A DNA stretch of 35,408 bases from Bipalium vagum (lineage: Eukaryota), in assembly GCA_037834085.1 (NCBI GenBank), contig JBBMKC010206154.1, positions 1 through 35,408 on the forward strand, in the 5' to 3' direction. The notes below the pieces were generated by a model. It was not told where the DNA came from and searched no databases. It was given only the letters and a program-made list of their open reading frames with translations. Positions 12,070 to 23,289 of the stretch are shown piece by piece. A program made the translations under genes and the position numbers. Numbering within the stretch: the stretch's first letter is position 1; each line of letters opens with the position of its first letter.

Positions 12070-12420
12070 CACAGACCTCAACTACAAACAGTAGAAATCG
12101 AACATTCAGCCTAATGTTTGCTCAGCATCACTCAAAGAATAGCAGAAGCAGTGACAGTAGCAGCCTGAGAAGCAGAGCCAAAAGAGCAATAACAAATTCT
12201 AATAGTTCCCTGCTGGATTAGCAACCCAGAATTGATGTTGTGCTCGCTGGGAATGGCTGAGTGTCTTTCGAATTTTTACCCAGCTCACGCGGAATTTTGC
12301 CGCGGCGAGGGAGAGGAAACAGTGGCAATATATGATTGTTTGTATGTCAAAGTCGGTCGAAACTAGATTGAGTTTTGGAAATCGAGGAGGATGTAGCCAT
12401 TAGCTACACGAAGCGAGATT
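12070..12420. other. GC-rich, hairpin-dense island of unknown nature
   Basis: 157/360 G+C (~44%) over 12061-12420, against far more AT-rich flanks; no long ORF and no transposase motif; many inverted repeats. Confidence 0.5.
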
Positions 12421-12967
12421 GTAACAATTGTATAATCAACTTTATCAAAACACGCTTATACAAATAAATTGATTAAATTTATTTCTTGATTTTCCTTACA
12501 ATTAAAGTGGTTCTATAACTAACTTTTATTAACAACATTTTAATTGCTCTGATTTTGGATTTCAATTTCTTCAAAAAAAGGAATTTCTTGAGAATAATGA
12601 AAAAATTAAAAACGGTAATCCATTTAATAAAAATAATAAGTTCGTAATAACTTCTTTCGATTTCATTCAGCAAAAGAGAAATCTCAATAAGAAACTTTAG
12701 AGATTGTTGTCCGTAAAGAGATTTGTTTTCTTTCATAAAAGTTTTATTCAAAAAAGATCCCTTTTCAACTTAACATTATTACTGTGGTCATTAGCTTGAT
12801 CATGGTGGTGATGATGATGATGATAATAATTAATTAATAATGATAATATATATATTATTTTTTCATTGCAGTTTTCCGGTACTAAGTGTTTTTATGTGAG
12901 TAAATTAATTTCCGGATTTTTTTTGAAATAACAAAAATAAATAATTATTATTATTACAAAAAATAAT

Positions 12968-13290
12968 CACATATTTATTGTTGGAAGTAATGTCCACAGG
13001 TCATCATTACCTGTTCCCACCTGTCAGGCAAAATATGGAATCTGCTTTGAAAGAAATCATTGTTTTGTGAGAAAATCTAAAATTCGAACCAGTTTCTTGT
13101 ATCATATTATGATCGAAAATACTAGTCAGCCAGGCTATGCCTCATCGAATGTAACAGGTTGTATTCCATAGAAGTAAAATCTTGCCAAAACAGTGTGTGA
13201 TGTAGAGCTTCCCGTTTAAGGGTTTACATGTATGCTTTAACCGTTTGCGAAATATGCGGTCAATCATTTGCATGTTGCAAAATCCATTTG
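12968..13290 (-). mobile_element. Degraded Mos1/mauritiana-like mariner C-terminal fragment
   Basis: Minus translation ILQHAND*PHISQTVKAYM*TLKREAL...HSMRHSLAD*YFRS...ILPDRWEQV..GHYFQ is colinear with the Mos1-type C-terminus. Confidence 0.8.
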
Positions 13291-15431
13291 ACATTTTTAA
13301 TAATAGAAACAAATATTATTATTATGTTGAATAGATTTCAATTATTTTAAAAAATTTCCAAAACAGATCTTTGTTTAAACCCCTACTATTTCACCTCCAT
13401 TATAAAAATATAATTATTAAAAAAAGTATAAGATTTGAAGACTAGTTGAAAAACAAGTGTGGTGGGACTACTGGTTCAAAAGGAAAAGCTTATACAGTAG
13501 TCAGTTTAAAACATAGATATATTGAACACGAAAAAGGTCATTTAATTATATTAGAAAAAGAGATAATTAATATATCTAACGATCAATACGATAATTAACT
13601 GTAGACGTGAAGTGCCAACATTGAAGGATGATCTAAGAGCAATAATTTATCAATTCAAAAGGGTTCTCACTCACTAATCCGAAAGAACATTGTTCATTAC
13701 AGAAAGTAAAAAAGATGAGGATATTATTAGCTACTATGAAGAACTCATTGAATTTACCTAACAAAATATCATATTAAACTGCTTTATATTATGTTTTAAG
13801 ACTAAAAGGTTTATTTCTTTAATTTTATAATTTCCTATAAACACTGCACCATGGAAAAATTGCACGATTTTTCAATTACCATCATTTTAGGTGCAACATT
13901 TAGTCTTATTTTTATTTATTCACTTCACTTATTTCTGTCTATTGTCACCAATATTTTATATTCATATTGCATTGCTGATTCTATTATTGACAAGAATCTC
14001 AACTGAATTACTGTTTAAAAAATCTTAATTAATTTCCAATAAGACAAGGAGAGAATATGAAAAAAAAATAATTTATGCAATAAATTAAATATTTTTATAT
14101 TATTCCATATTTTCATATAATCTTCGCATTATGAATAAAATTAATGAAAATTTAAGAATTCATAATATTCTAAATTAAAAACAGTAGGAGTTCCTTTCCA
14201 AAATATATAATGACTTAAGACGTTTGGCTGTTTCGCTTGATATCCTCTTTAATTCAATAACAAATTCAATCAAGACAGTTTCGAAGGATTAATTGTTTTG
14301 TTAGTATTATTTATTATAACGAAATTAATGTTGAAATATATTTTCGACGTCCAATCTATTTCGATATGAATTATTAAAGTGATACTATAATAAACAATTT
14401 CCGTATAATAATATTTGGGATTGATTTGACAACAGTGGTCAAATTATTCATTTGGGCTTATCATCAGTTTTAAATATTTCAAAGATATTTCATCTTAATA
14501 TCAAAAAGCATCCTGCGGTGACAAATATATGATAGTAGTGGTAATATTTTTATGGAACGATCCTCACTAGTAATATGTGATATATTACATCTTAGATTTC
14601 CTTCTTCAATTTATTTTCTTAATTCAAATTAATTAGAAAACAATTAATCTGCAAGTATAATAAAGAAAATTATATAAAATATAAAAAATATTAAGACAAA
14701 GGGTAAATTTAATTTAATTAAAATCTTTTTTCGTTTCACCTTAAATTATTTATAAAAAAAAGAATTATATCATAAAGATGTAAATAATTTAAATAAATTG
14801 TCAGTTAGTCATAATTTCACAATTTAAAATATTATTTATTTATATTTAATTATCAATTGAGAACATTCTACTGATTAATAAAAAATACTATGACATCAAC
14901 TGAAATTCAAATCAAATATTTTGTAGATTTACGTTGGAAATAAAATGATCTTTGTTAAATTTAAACTTAATAAAATATAAATAAAATAATTAAAATTTAT
15001 ATAAAAAATATATTTATTCATGATACACAGTTTGGACAAATAGTGTAATTATGATTGAGAATAGTTTAATAGTAACACAATCATAAGGGCTTCAAAATGT
15101 CAATTAGTGTTGTATGTTTTTAATTACTTTTCTAATTAAGATCAGTATCATAATTAATTTATTTGTCGCTTCAGTATGATATACTGGTTGACATAATTTT
15201 AAATCGACCCTTTATTTAAGACAAAATCATATGATTTTATTGTGTTGACAAAATAACTATTTTAAAGATGGCAACAGATATCCATGCTTTCTTAAAATAT
15301 TAAAACATTTTATCCAAATAGAAGAGGTGGTTACTAAGAATATTACTGAAATACGTATTTTTGGTTAAAAAGGTGCGAAATAATTTTACATTCACACATT
15401 TATTAATCAATAATTTTTTATTATACAAATT

Positions 15432-16190
15432 TTAATAGTGAGTTTTCTTTTCCATTGATATTTAAAACCTTGTATTTCAAGTTTGACATTGATATAATTA
15501 CTTTTGTGTCCTGGTAATGAAATCTGTTCCCAAATATCAAAAATTTTGCCGGAACTCGGAAATTGGTTTCCTTTTTTATAAACTCGTCTAATCATTAGGC
15601 TCAATAGATTTTCTATTTTAAATCAGGACTATAAGGTGGCCACTTTAGGACATTATTATTTTAATCAACAAGCCATTTTTAGTGTTCCTGGACTCATGTA
15701 TCGAAGCCTTTTTCTGTTGAAAAATGTTCTTTATAGAGCAGTGTAATCTTTAGATTTCATTTTTGTGCTAATATAACTTAGGAGACTCTTCAAACTTCTA
15801 AAATGATGTCTATATCATAACCGACCCACCACTGAAGTTTGTGCTAATCACAGTTTCAGGATCACCTCTTATAGTAAGGTCCGTCAAGATTCAACTTCTT
15901 TCATCTAAATTCTTCATTCCAAGTCATTTGTTTTCAGCGAAATCTAATCGTTCACTAATTTGGTGTAATTTTATAGCAGGGTTTCTTTGCTTGCTCTTCC
16001 AGGACATATGACTCGATCTTTCTAAAACTTTTATCATTCTATATGAAACAGGTAAATTCACAATCTTTAATTGTGATTTATAGTTCTGGACATTGTAAAT
16101 TTCGAAAGGTGACAGCTTTTCTAATCCTTCAGTTGTAATATCTGTATCGAGGATAGTAACAATATTCGGCATTACAAGTGTTTCCATATC
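15432..16190 (-). mobile_element. Degraded Tc1-family (Tc3-like) transposase
   Basis: ERLDFAEN, KLNLDGP, NFSGGSVMI, FQQKKASIH, LKWPPYSPDL.ENLLSLMIRRVYKKGNQF, with frameshifts and stops. Confidence 0.82.
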
Positions 16191-16250
16191 GGCTTTTATA
16201 TCAGCTTACATAAAATGCATTTAGATTTTATCTATATAAATTCGGTAAAA

Positions 16251-17295
16251 AACAGGGTTTTATATATGTAACCGAACTTCTGATTTAAATCATATACTAA
16301 AAGTTTCATTTTTTTAACTAATACTTAATTTAAAAATACATTATTCATCTTTGAAAATCATCAAAATTTATTTTATTCGGGTAAGAGGTTTGAATTCTAT
16401 TTGCATTTAAATGAAAGTATATTTTATGTTTGTAATATCATGCTTATGTCATAAATTTACAATGCTGCAAAAAGTTTATACATGGTTCACACGAATTAGA
16501 AATGGTCGTGATGATTTAAATGACGATATAAAGCCTGGATGCACAGATGCTGAAAATCGTCCACATTTGGTAGAAAAAGTACTTGAAATCATTACTTATG
16601 ATAGTAAAATGACTGTGAGAATATAAGCAGAAGAATTAAATACAACTGTCTTTACCAGTTGGACAATTTTAACGAAAAATTTTGGTAAAAGAAAAGTTTG
16701 TGCTAAGTTTGTTCATCATGCAATAAATGAAGATCAAAAAACAGCTCGTGCTGAATATTGTAAAGATCTCTTCAACACTGCTGAAAACAATCTAGATTAT
16801 ATTGACTCAATTATAACTGGTGATGAGACGTGGTGTCTCATATATGATCCACAAGCCAAACGTCAAAGTATTGATAATCAAGAATGAAGACAATTCTTAT
16901 TACTTTTTATGATTCTAAAGGTCCATGAGGGATTTGTTCCAGAAGGTCAGACTATTAATGTGGTATATTATTTAAATGTTTCACATCGTTTGTGGTCATG
17001 AATCTTTCGAGTTAAGCCGGAATATCAAGAAGAAAAGCAATTATTTTTCTTGCACGATAATGCTCCGCCACACAAGATCATAAAAGTCTGTGAATTTTTT
17101 ACCAAAAAAATTGTCATCGGATATCTACTATATTCGCCTGATCTATCACCATGCGGCTATTTTCTTTTCCCAAAAACTGAAATTGGCATTGAAAGGTGTA
17201 TTTTGTGATTTTGTTCAAGCTATTCAAACATCAAGGATAATATTTATTGTACTGTGTATCAATAAAGTTCGATTATTTATAAAACAACCTGTGTA
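16251..17295 (+). mobile_element. Degraded mariner with imperfect TIRs
   Basis: WFTRIRNGRDDLNDD, GKRKVCAKFV, SIITGDETW..YDP, LHDNAPPHK, YSPDLSPC, KLKLALKG. Ends cagggttt..taaccgaactt versus reverse-complemented caggttgt..taatcgaactt. Confidence 0.85.
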
Positions 17296-17642
17296 CAGTA
17301 TGTATTGACTGATTTATTGTAATTTCGTTAATAATAAATTGTGTATTATTCCTTTATTTTGTAAATACTTTTTTTATATTTGTAAAGTTATTTTAAAAGC
17401 GCTCATGAATTATTCCACAACCTGATAAATTAATGTCTTAAATTAATTTATAAACAAATACTGAATACTATTTTAATTATCCCAGTATAACTGTGTCTTA
17501 TTTATAAACATTAAAAGTTCTTTATATTTATTACATAAAAATGACAGTTACGTTTTTGTTAAATATAGGAATCTAAAATGATAAGTCCATGATGATCTAA
17601 CATTACTAAAGTGATATATCATTTAATTAAAATAAAATTGAT

Positions 17643-17927
17643 TTATTTTCTTCTATGCCCAGCGCTCTCAGGTCCACCTGGTACAACATCACCATTAGAC
17701 ATCTGATGCCCTTTCCTTGAACTGTCCAAAACTGAATTGGTTCTACTCCGAGCAGAGCTATTTCTTGATAAATTTTCCCAACCTTCACCTTTAGTTTGAG
17801 ATCCTGATAAATTAGAGTCCGACATTTTATTTCTTTCGCGTTCAAGCTGAGAAAGTAATGAAGATACTGCTTTAGGATTATCATTGTTATGACCATCTAA
17901 CCAATATGTTTTTATGTTTCCTTTTCC
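17643..17927 (-). CDS. Gyc88E: Atypical soluble guanylate cyclase, terminal exon (end of cyclase domain + Ser-rich tail)
   Basis: 285 nt, aattttag|GGA AAA GGA. GKGNIKTYWLDGHNNDNPKAVSSLLSQLERERNK continues in frame into ORF 17643..17825 (MSDSNL...GHRRK*). An AATAAA overlaps the stop codon. Confidence 0.93.
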   Translation of the reverse strand, partial: GKGNIKTYWLDGHNNDNPKAVSSLLSQLERERNKMSDSNLSGSQTKGEGWENLSRNSSARSRTNSVLDSSRKGHQMSNGDVVPGGPESAGHRRK

Positions 17928-18149
17928 CTAAAATTAAACCAATCCAAAATGACATGTTTAAAGTTAAAAGACTTTAATATTCACATCTGAAGTTATACGA
18001 TGGTAGTTCAATAATTAAAGATACAAACTGGTTTATAAAGAGAATAATTGCTGTGAAATTTATAATTATTTTTAAACAATAAGTTTGTAACCTTATAATG
18101 ATTAATCATTACTTAAATCATTAAAATTATTTAGTTTAAATTAATTAAA

Positions 18150-19110
18150 TCTCATTCACTGGTGACAAATCCACTTGAAAAGTACGAAATATTTAAACGT
18201 TCAGTGATCTGGTTTTTGCATACCGAAGGTGAAAATACTCGGATTTTCAAACAATATGGGAAAAGTTGTATGAATCGAAGGAATTGCTACAAATGGGTAG
18301 AAGAATCTAAAGACGGCGAATTTCTGTGAGCGACTATAGCTGAAAAATTACAAATAAGTTTTGGTACAGCTCATGAAGTTATCACCAATAAGCTGAAATA
18401 CCATAAAATAATTGCGAGATGGGTTCCCAGACAATTAGCGGATGAAAACAAACAGACAAGACTTCGAATTTGCACAGAGCTGAAACACCGATATAAGCAG
18501 GAAATTAATGCTTTATTGGACTTTATGATGATTATTGATGAGACATGAACTCATCATTATGAACCGGAATCTATAAAAAGCATGGAATGGAGGCATTCAA
18601 GCTCATTGGTCAAGAAAAAGTTTCGAACCCAACTATCAGAAGGGAAATTCAAAATGACAATCTTTTCAGATTCAATGGGTCCGGTTTTTGTCGGTTTTCT
18701 AGAAGATCAGTCGACAATAAATAGCACATACTACTATGACATGCTCATAAACAAGGTGTAGTCATAAATATTGAAAAAACACCCTGGATATCAACTCACA
18801 GGCATCATTTTGTTTCAAGATAATGCAAGGGGTGGAGAAACCATTAATAAATTACATTGGGAGCTATTGCCTCATCCTACATACTGCCCTGGCCTGGCTT
18901 CGTTGGATTTTCATTTTTTTGGTTCACTCAAGGATTACTTACGAGGTCATAAGTTTATTGATAATATTCATGTCAAAGAAAATGTGCTAAATTGTCTCCG
19001 AGGTCAAGTCAAATCATTCTTTGTAGCCGGTATTGAAAAGTAATCACAATTAAATAAAGTTTTTTATCTCTATATTAATTTGTGACTTTAATTATTGAAC
19101 CACCCTCTTA
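18150..19110 (+). mobile_element. Degraded mariner in the last sGC intron
   Basis: RSVIWFLHTEG, ARWVPRQL, IDET*THHYEPES, FQDNA, HPTYCPGLASLDFHFFGSLK; right-TIR-like ...attattgaaccaccctctta. Confidence 0.87.
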
Positions 19111-19289
19111 AATCAATGGGTAAAACTTTGGTAATGAATTAATAAACTGAATTTTAATGTAAACAAATAGAATTAGAAAGAACTATATAGATAATTACTC
19201 TAATAATAGTATTATTTTAGTTTAAATTAATATTCCTTAACAAATAGCTAAATTTTAAACAATAACAATCAAAGGTTATAAAGAAAAAT

Positions 19290-19900
19290 AAAATAATCGC
19301 TCCCAGTTCAGCATTTAAAAAGTCATTTTGCATACATGTGTTCTTCCATTGTCATGCAGTAGTATTATTCCTTTCCTGTTGACCACTGAAAGTTACTTAA
19401 TGCTCAATTTTTTCCATATTATTTCTAGATCGAAGTAGCAGTTGTCTTCTGTGATAGTCTTGCCAGAATCTAGCAGTGGAAATTATGACACCATGCATGA
19501 AATACCAAATAGTAATCATTAATATTTAAGGGTGTAAAACAGGTATTTGGCTAAAAGACATTTACCCATTGTGTTGAACATTTTAGGTGATTGTAGTGAA
19601 TTCATTTTCTTTATTTGTTATGAAACAACTATAAAATAAATTCCTTTGATTACGTAACAATAAAAGTTTGCAAATTTTAAGTCGCTTAATTTTTTATTAG
19701 CTCAATAAATGCTGAAACACTGGTTGGACCTTTTTTACTTTACCAACCACTTCCAATATGTACCAATTGTCCTTGGACTATCAAAGAATGTTTTGCAAGA
19801 TCCCGGGCGGTTAACCGTACAGTCGTTTCTGCTTAATCCGACATAAACTGAAAATATTGTTTTAAGAATTTAGCTAGAACTTTAAGTATTTGCTTTTTTC
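19290..19900 (-). mobile_element. Degraded cecropia-like mariner fragment
   Basis: Minus-strand RLTARDLAK, VGKVKK, RLKICKLLLLRN, LMITIWY..HGVI, VVNRKGIILLHDNGRTHV. Confidence 0.72.
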
Positions 19901-20154
19901 TAAAATGATATTTGAATGTCTAATGCCTGCAATGGGCCCGTTGTATTTGGAGGTTAACAGGCTACTTTACATTTAACAACTGGATCTGGGTATGACAACA
20001 ACAGCTATCAATTAATAAAAGATTTTTTTATTTATCATTTTTCGATTTAATCTTATAATCCATGATTTATGTAATGTGGAAGTCATCCATGTGCAATACG
20101 CACAAAAAAATCTGATCAATATTAAATTAAGACATTCAGTAATAATTAATAAAG

Positions 20155-21140
20155 TCAATATTTCGTAGGCAAGCTGTTATTCTTAATTACTGTTTGGCAT
20201 CTGCGTGACATGCTCTTGACAAGATTCATGAGGAAATCTGGTTTTAAATTTTTCTATCGAACGCGCAAAAATTTAAATAAACCATTTTCTTCAGTTGAAT
20301 TTCTATCTGTCACATTTTTTCAGAAAAATCCATAAGTTTTCAATAGGATTCAAATCTGGACTTTCAGATGGCCAGTCTAAATTATTAATATTTTTGTTCC
20401 GTAAATATTTTAGAATATTTATCGTTTTATGTTTCGGATAATTGACCACTTGGAAACAATTTTTTTGATGAAGGTATCATTTGCGTAATTTTGAAGATAT
20501 TTTTCTTTATCCATTATTCCGTGAGTTCTATAAAGATTTCCAACACCATGTGCAGCAAAATATCCCCAAACCCTTATTTTTTATCGTGTTTTACTGTTCC
20601 TGTTATACATGAAGCAGAATAGCGTTCATTTGGAAGTCTCCAAACACCTTTCGAGTACTAAAAGCGTAACTCGTACGGTTACTCGTCGGACCATAATACT
20701 TTCTTCCAATCTTCTACACTCCAACTTAGATATTCTTTTGCCCATGCCAAAGGACTTTACTGATTAATACCAGAGACAAAAGGTTTTCTCACTTGAAAAT
20801 TCTAGTAACAGTCAGATTCATGTAATCTGTTACAGATGGTTTGAAGTGAAACATTAATTCTCAAATCTGCTGTGATGACTTTGGCCGAAATAGTTTGAAC
20901 ACTTACTGCTACAGAAACAATTTTTTGATCATCACCGATATTTGTTTTTATTTTCCTTCCATTGCCAACCTTGCGTTTGTAGTTTGAAGTTTCTTTGAAA
21001 TCTTTCAAAAACTTAGCAATTGACGACTGATCTTTCCCAATTTTCTTTGATATTTCTCTTCCTGACAATCCACAATCTGAATATGTCACGATCTGTCCTT
21101 TTTAAAAATCCGTTAGCTTCACCATTTTACCTATATTCAT
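20155..21140 (-). mobile_element. Near-full-length decayed Tc1 (DD34E-type) transposase
   Basis: HTH in ORF 20802..21089 (GLSGREISKKIG...SLQTICNRLHE), then WSVEDWKKVLWSDE, TVKH, VWGYFAAHGVG, DWPSESPDLNPIENLW, LVKSMSRRCQTVIKN..PTKY*. Confidence 0.9.
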
Positions 21141-21219
21141 AATCTGGGCTATTTGAAATTACACACAATATTAATTTACAAAAAGGCTTAACTAAACAAA
21201 TACTTACATAATTTAATTT

Positions 21220-21803
21220 TACAGGGTTATCCATAAATATATAGGAAAATATTCAGAAATATTTATTTCGTAACAAATACACAATTGGAAATGTATATAT
21301 AAAAACAATAAAACATTACGGGACGAAATTCTTCTCTCGCCAAGGCTTTATGTTGCGAAAATAACCACTTAAATCGATATCGTCATGCATGAGTACTTTT
21401 GTAATAAATTCTTTTAAATGATCCGAATCTATAATGGTTCTTTTAGAGATAATATTTGTGACTTAAAACTGCTGAATTGAGGCGAGTATGGTGACAAAAC
21501 TTCTGTTTTGTTGTAAGTTGACTCATGTTTCATCTAAGTAAACCAGCTTACAGTTTTCAATGTACTCAATGTCCCTCGCATAAAGCTATCTAGCCTCAAT
21601 GCTTTTACTATTTTTTCTCTCTTCGGGATCTTTGACTAATCCCTTTCTGGATAATTCATATCACGTAAAATTCTTGAGACAGTACTTTGGCAGGCTAAAA
21701 TGCTATCAAATTCAAATAGAAACAATCGAATATTTCTATATATTTCTGAAATATTTTCTATATATTTTGAATAATTTTCTATTTATTTCTGCATAAACCT
21801 GTA
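21220..21803 (-). mobile_element. Internally deleted IS630-like/Gambol-like ITm element (584 bp including TA ends)
   Basis: TIRs tacagggttatccataaatatataggaaaatattca and (reverse complement) tacaggtttatgcagaaataaatagaaaattattca, 30/36 identical. Relic peptides QSTVSRILRDMNY.RKGLVKDPEER...IEAR*LYA..KLVYLDE and LSPYSPQ. Confidence 0.78.
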
Positions 21804-22289
21804 ATGTTAAAATATTTATTATTATATAAAATTAAATTGAGAAAAAACAAAAAGAAAATTACAATAATTATACATGAAAAATAAATATAAAATAATATGA
21901 TTAAATTTTTGCACCCTTTAATAGAAGACTTTGAATTATATCAGGTAGGTAGTGGGAGATAATAAAGTACTGTATTCCCATTTAAAAGTTTAATTAAAAA
22001 TAATTTTTTAAAACGAATTTATTAAATAATATTAAGACCAATTAAATGACAATTTTATCTAAAAGTGGCAAAAATTAACTAAAACTTTTATAAACTTCTT
22101 ACAAATTAATGATAAAAATTTCCTAAAATATTTTCTGAACGCGTATTAGGCGGGGATTAGTTACTTTATATAATTTTCATTTAATTTTATGATCTAATCT
22201 GCCAAAAACCTAAATATAAAAAATTCTTTGTAAATTAGGTAGGACTGCAGATTAGGCGGACCACAGATTAGACAAGAGCAAATTTATTT

Positions 22290-22530
22290 CCAACTCGGTC
22301 AGTAAATCTGCATTTTCAATGACGTTTCTTGGCCTACTATTGACTGCTTTCATCTGCTTTCATCTGCTTTCATCACCCTACTCTAATTTCAAATACCACC
22401 GACTAAGGCGGAGTTTATTAGCTGTACCTTTTCCAAATGCCAAATTAATATTTTGCGCAGCGTCCGAACCTATTTTTGTATTTCGTAAATTTGCTGAAAT
22501 TCTCCGAACATTTCATGACAGAACCTAATG
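22290..22530 (-). mobile_element. Mariner N-terminal (HTH) fragment
   Basis: DAAQNINLAFGKGTAN...RWYLKLE*GDES...SRP resembles the cecropia-type AARNIN.AFG.GTANERTV.RWF.KF..GDES. Contains a 3x CTGCTTTCAT slippage repeat (22344-22373). Confidence 0.7.
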
Positions 22531-23196
22531 TTATTTTACTAATGTCTTTATTTAAGTTGGTTATGTAAATGTTATGCAATATAAACAATAAAAAAACTCG
22601 AACCCGACCCGAAAACCGTAACCTTTACCCCAGACCCGTAATATTAGTGTCATCCCAGCTTAAGATATCAACCACTTAAATTTATAAAATTTTATTATTA
22701 TTGATTTGAAAATAAAAAATTATTCTAATTATATATTCGTTATATATTTTACTTCCTCTTTTTTAATATTGATGTATTTAGTAAAAAGATAATATAATTA
22801 TTTTATTTAAATATTGGTTAAATAATTTTTATTTTTTAATAACTCTAAAGATTAAATTTATATTAATATTAAAAATAATTAAACGATTTTTAAAATAAAT
22901 AGGTAATTTTTTAAAATATTAAATAAAGGGAAAGCACTTCAACTAAATTATTTTCATAAATAAGTAGTACGTTAAAATTTTACTTGATTTATTTAAACAA
23001 TACAGAAACTATAACAGGTAATACAAACAATTTTCAATAATAAGCAATTTAATCTTTATTGTTTGTAACATAAATTTATTAAATTTATTAATAGCTAAAT
23101 ATTTCAGAATGTCAGAAGTACCAATTATTTTAATTAAATTAATATCTTACCAATTTCTTATTTTCATTAAAAAATTAAATATATAAAATCGAGCAC

Positions 23197-23289
23197 CTTT
23201 ACGTCGATTTGACCGCGATCACTTATTTTATAAGCCTGAAGCTCTAATATTTTCTTTCTTGTAACGTCGCTGATATGAATTCTTTGAGG
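23197..23289 (-). CDS. Gyc88E: Atypical soluble guanylate cyclase, exon e
   Basis: 93 nt, ttgttcag|CCT...AAG|gtgctc, phase 0/0. PQRIHISDVTRKKILELQAYKISDRGQIDVK (IHIS and RG.I.VK motifs). Confidence 0.93.

Noticed and set aside
12095-12410. RNase P/MRP, SRP or telomerase RNA identity for the GC island
   Set aside because: CR-V-like (AACATTCAGCCTA) and CR-I-like (GGGAATGGCTGAG) motifs are in the wrong order and incomplete; no SRP helix-8 motif; no CCCTAA template.
12030-12500. Solo LTR (TGT...ACA with internal AATAAA)
   Set aside because: Flanks CACT and ATTA give no target-site duplication and there is no clear PBS or PPT. Kept only as an alternative explanation.
10273-12878. Plus-strand micro-exon-like sites (13 nt at 10273; 7 nt at 12872)
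   Set aside because: Not multiples of three, weak donors, and no gene model to connect them.
17627-17896. 89-aa minus ORF overlapping the sGC terminal exon
   Set aside because: Alternative frame; the frame carrying GKGNIKTYWL is the real one.
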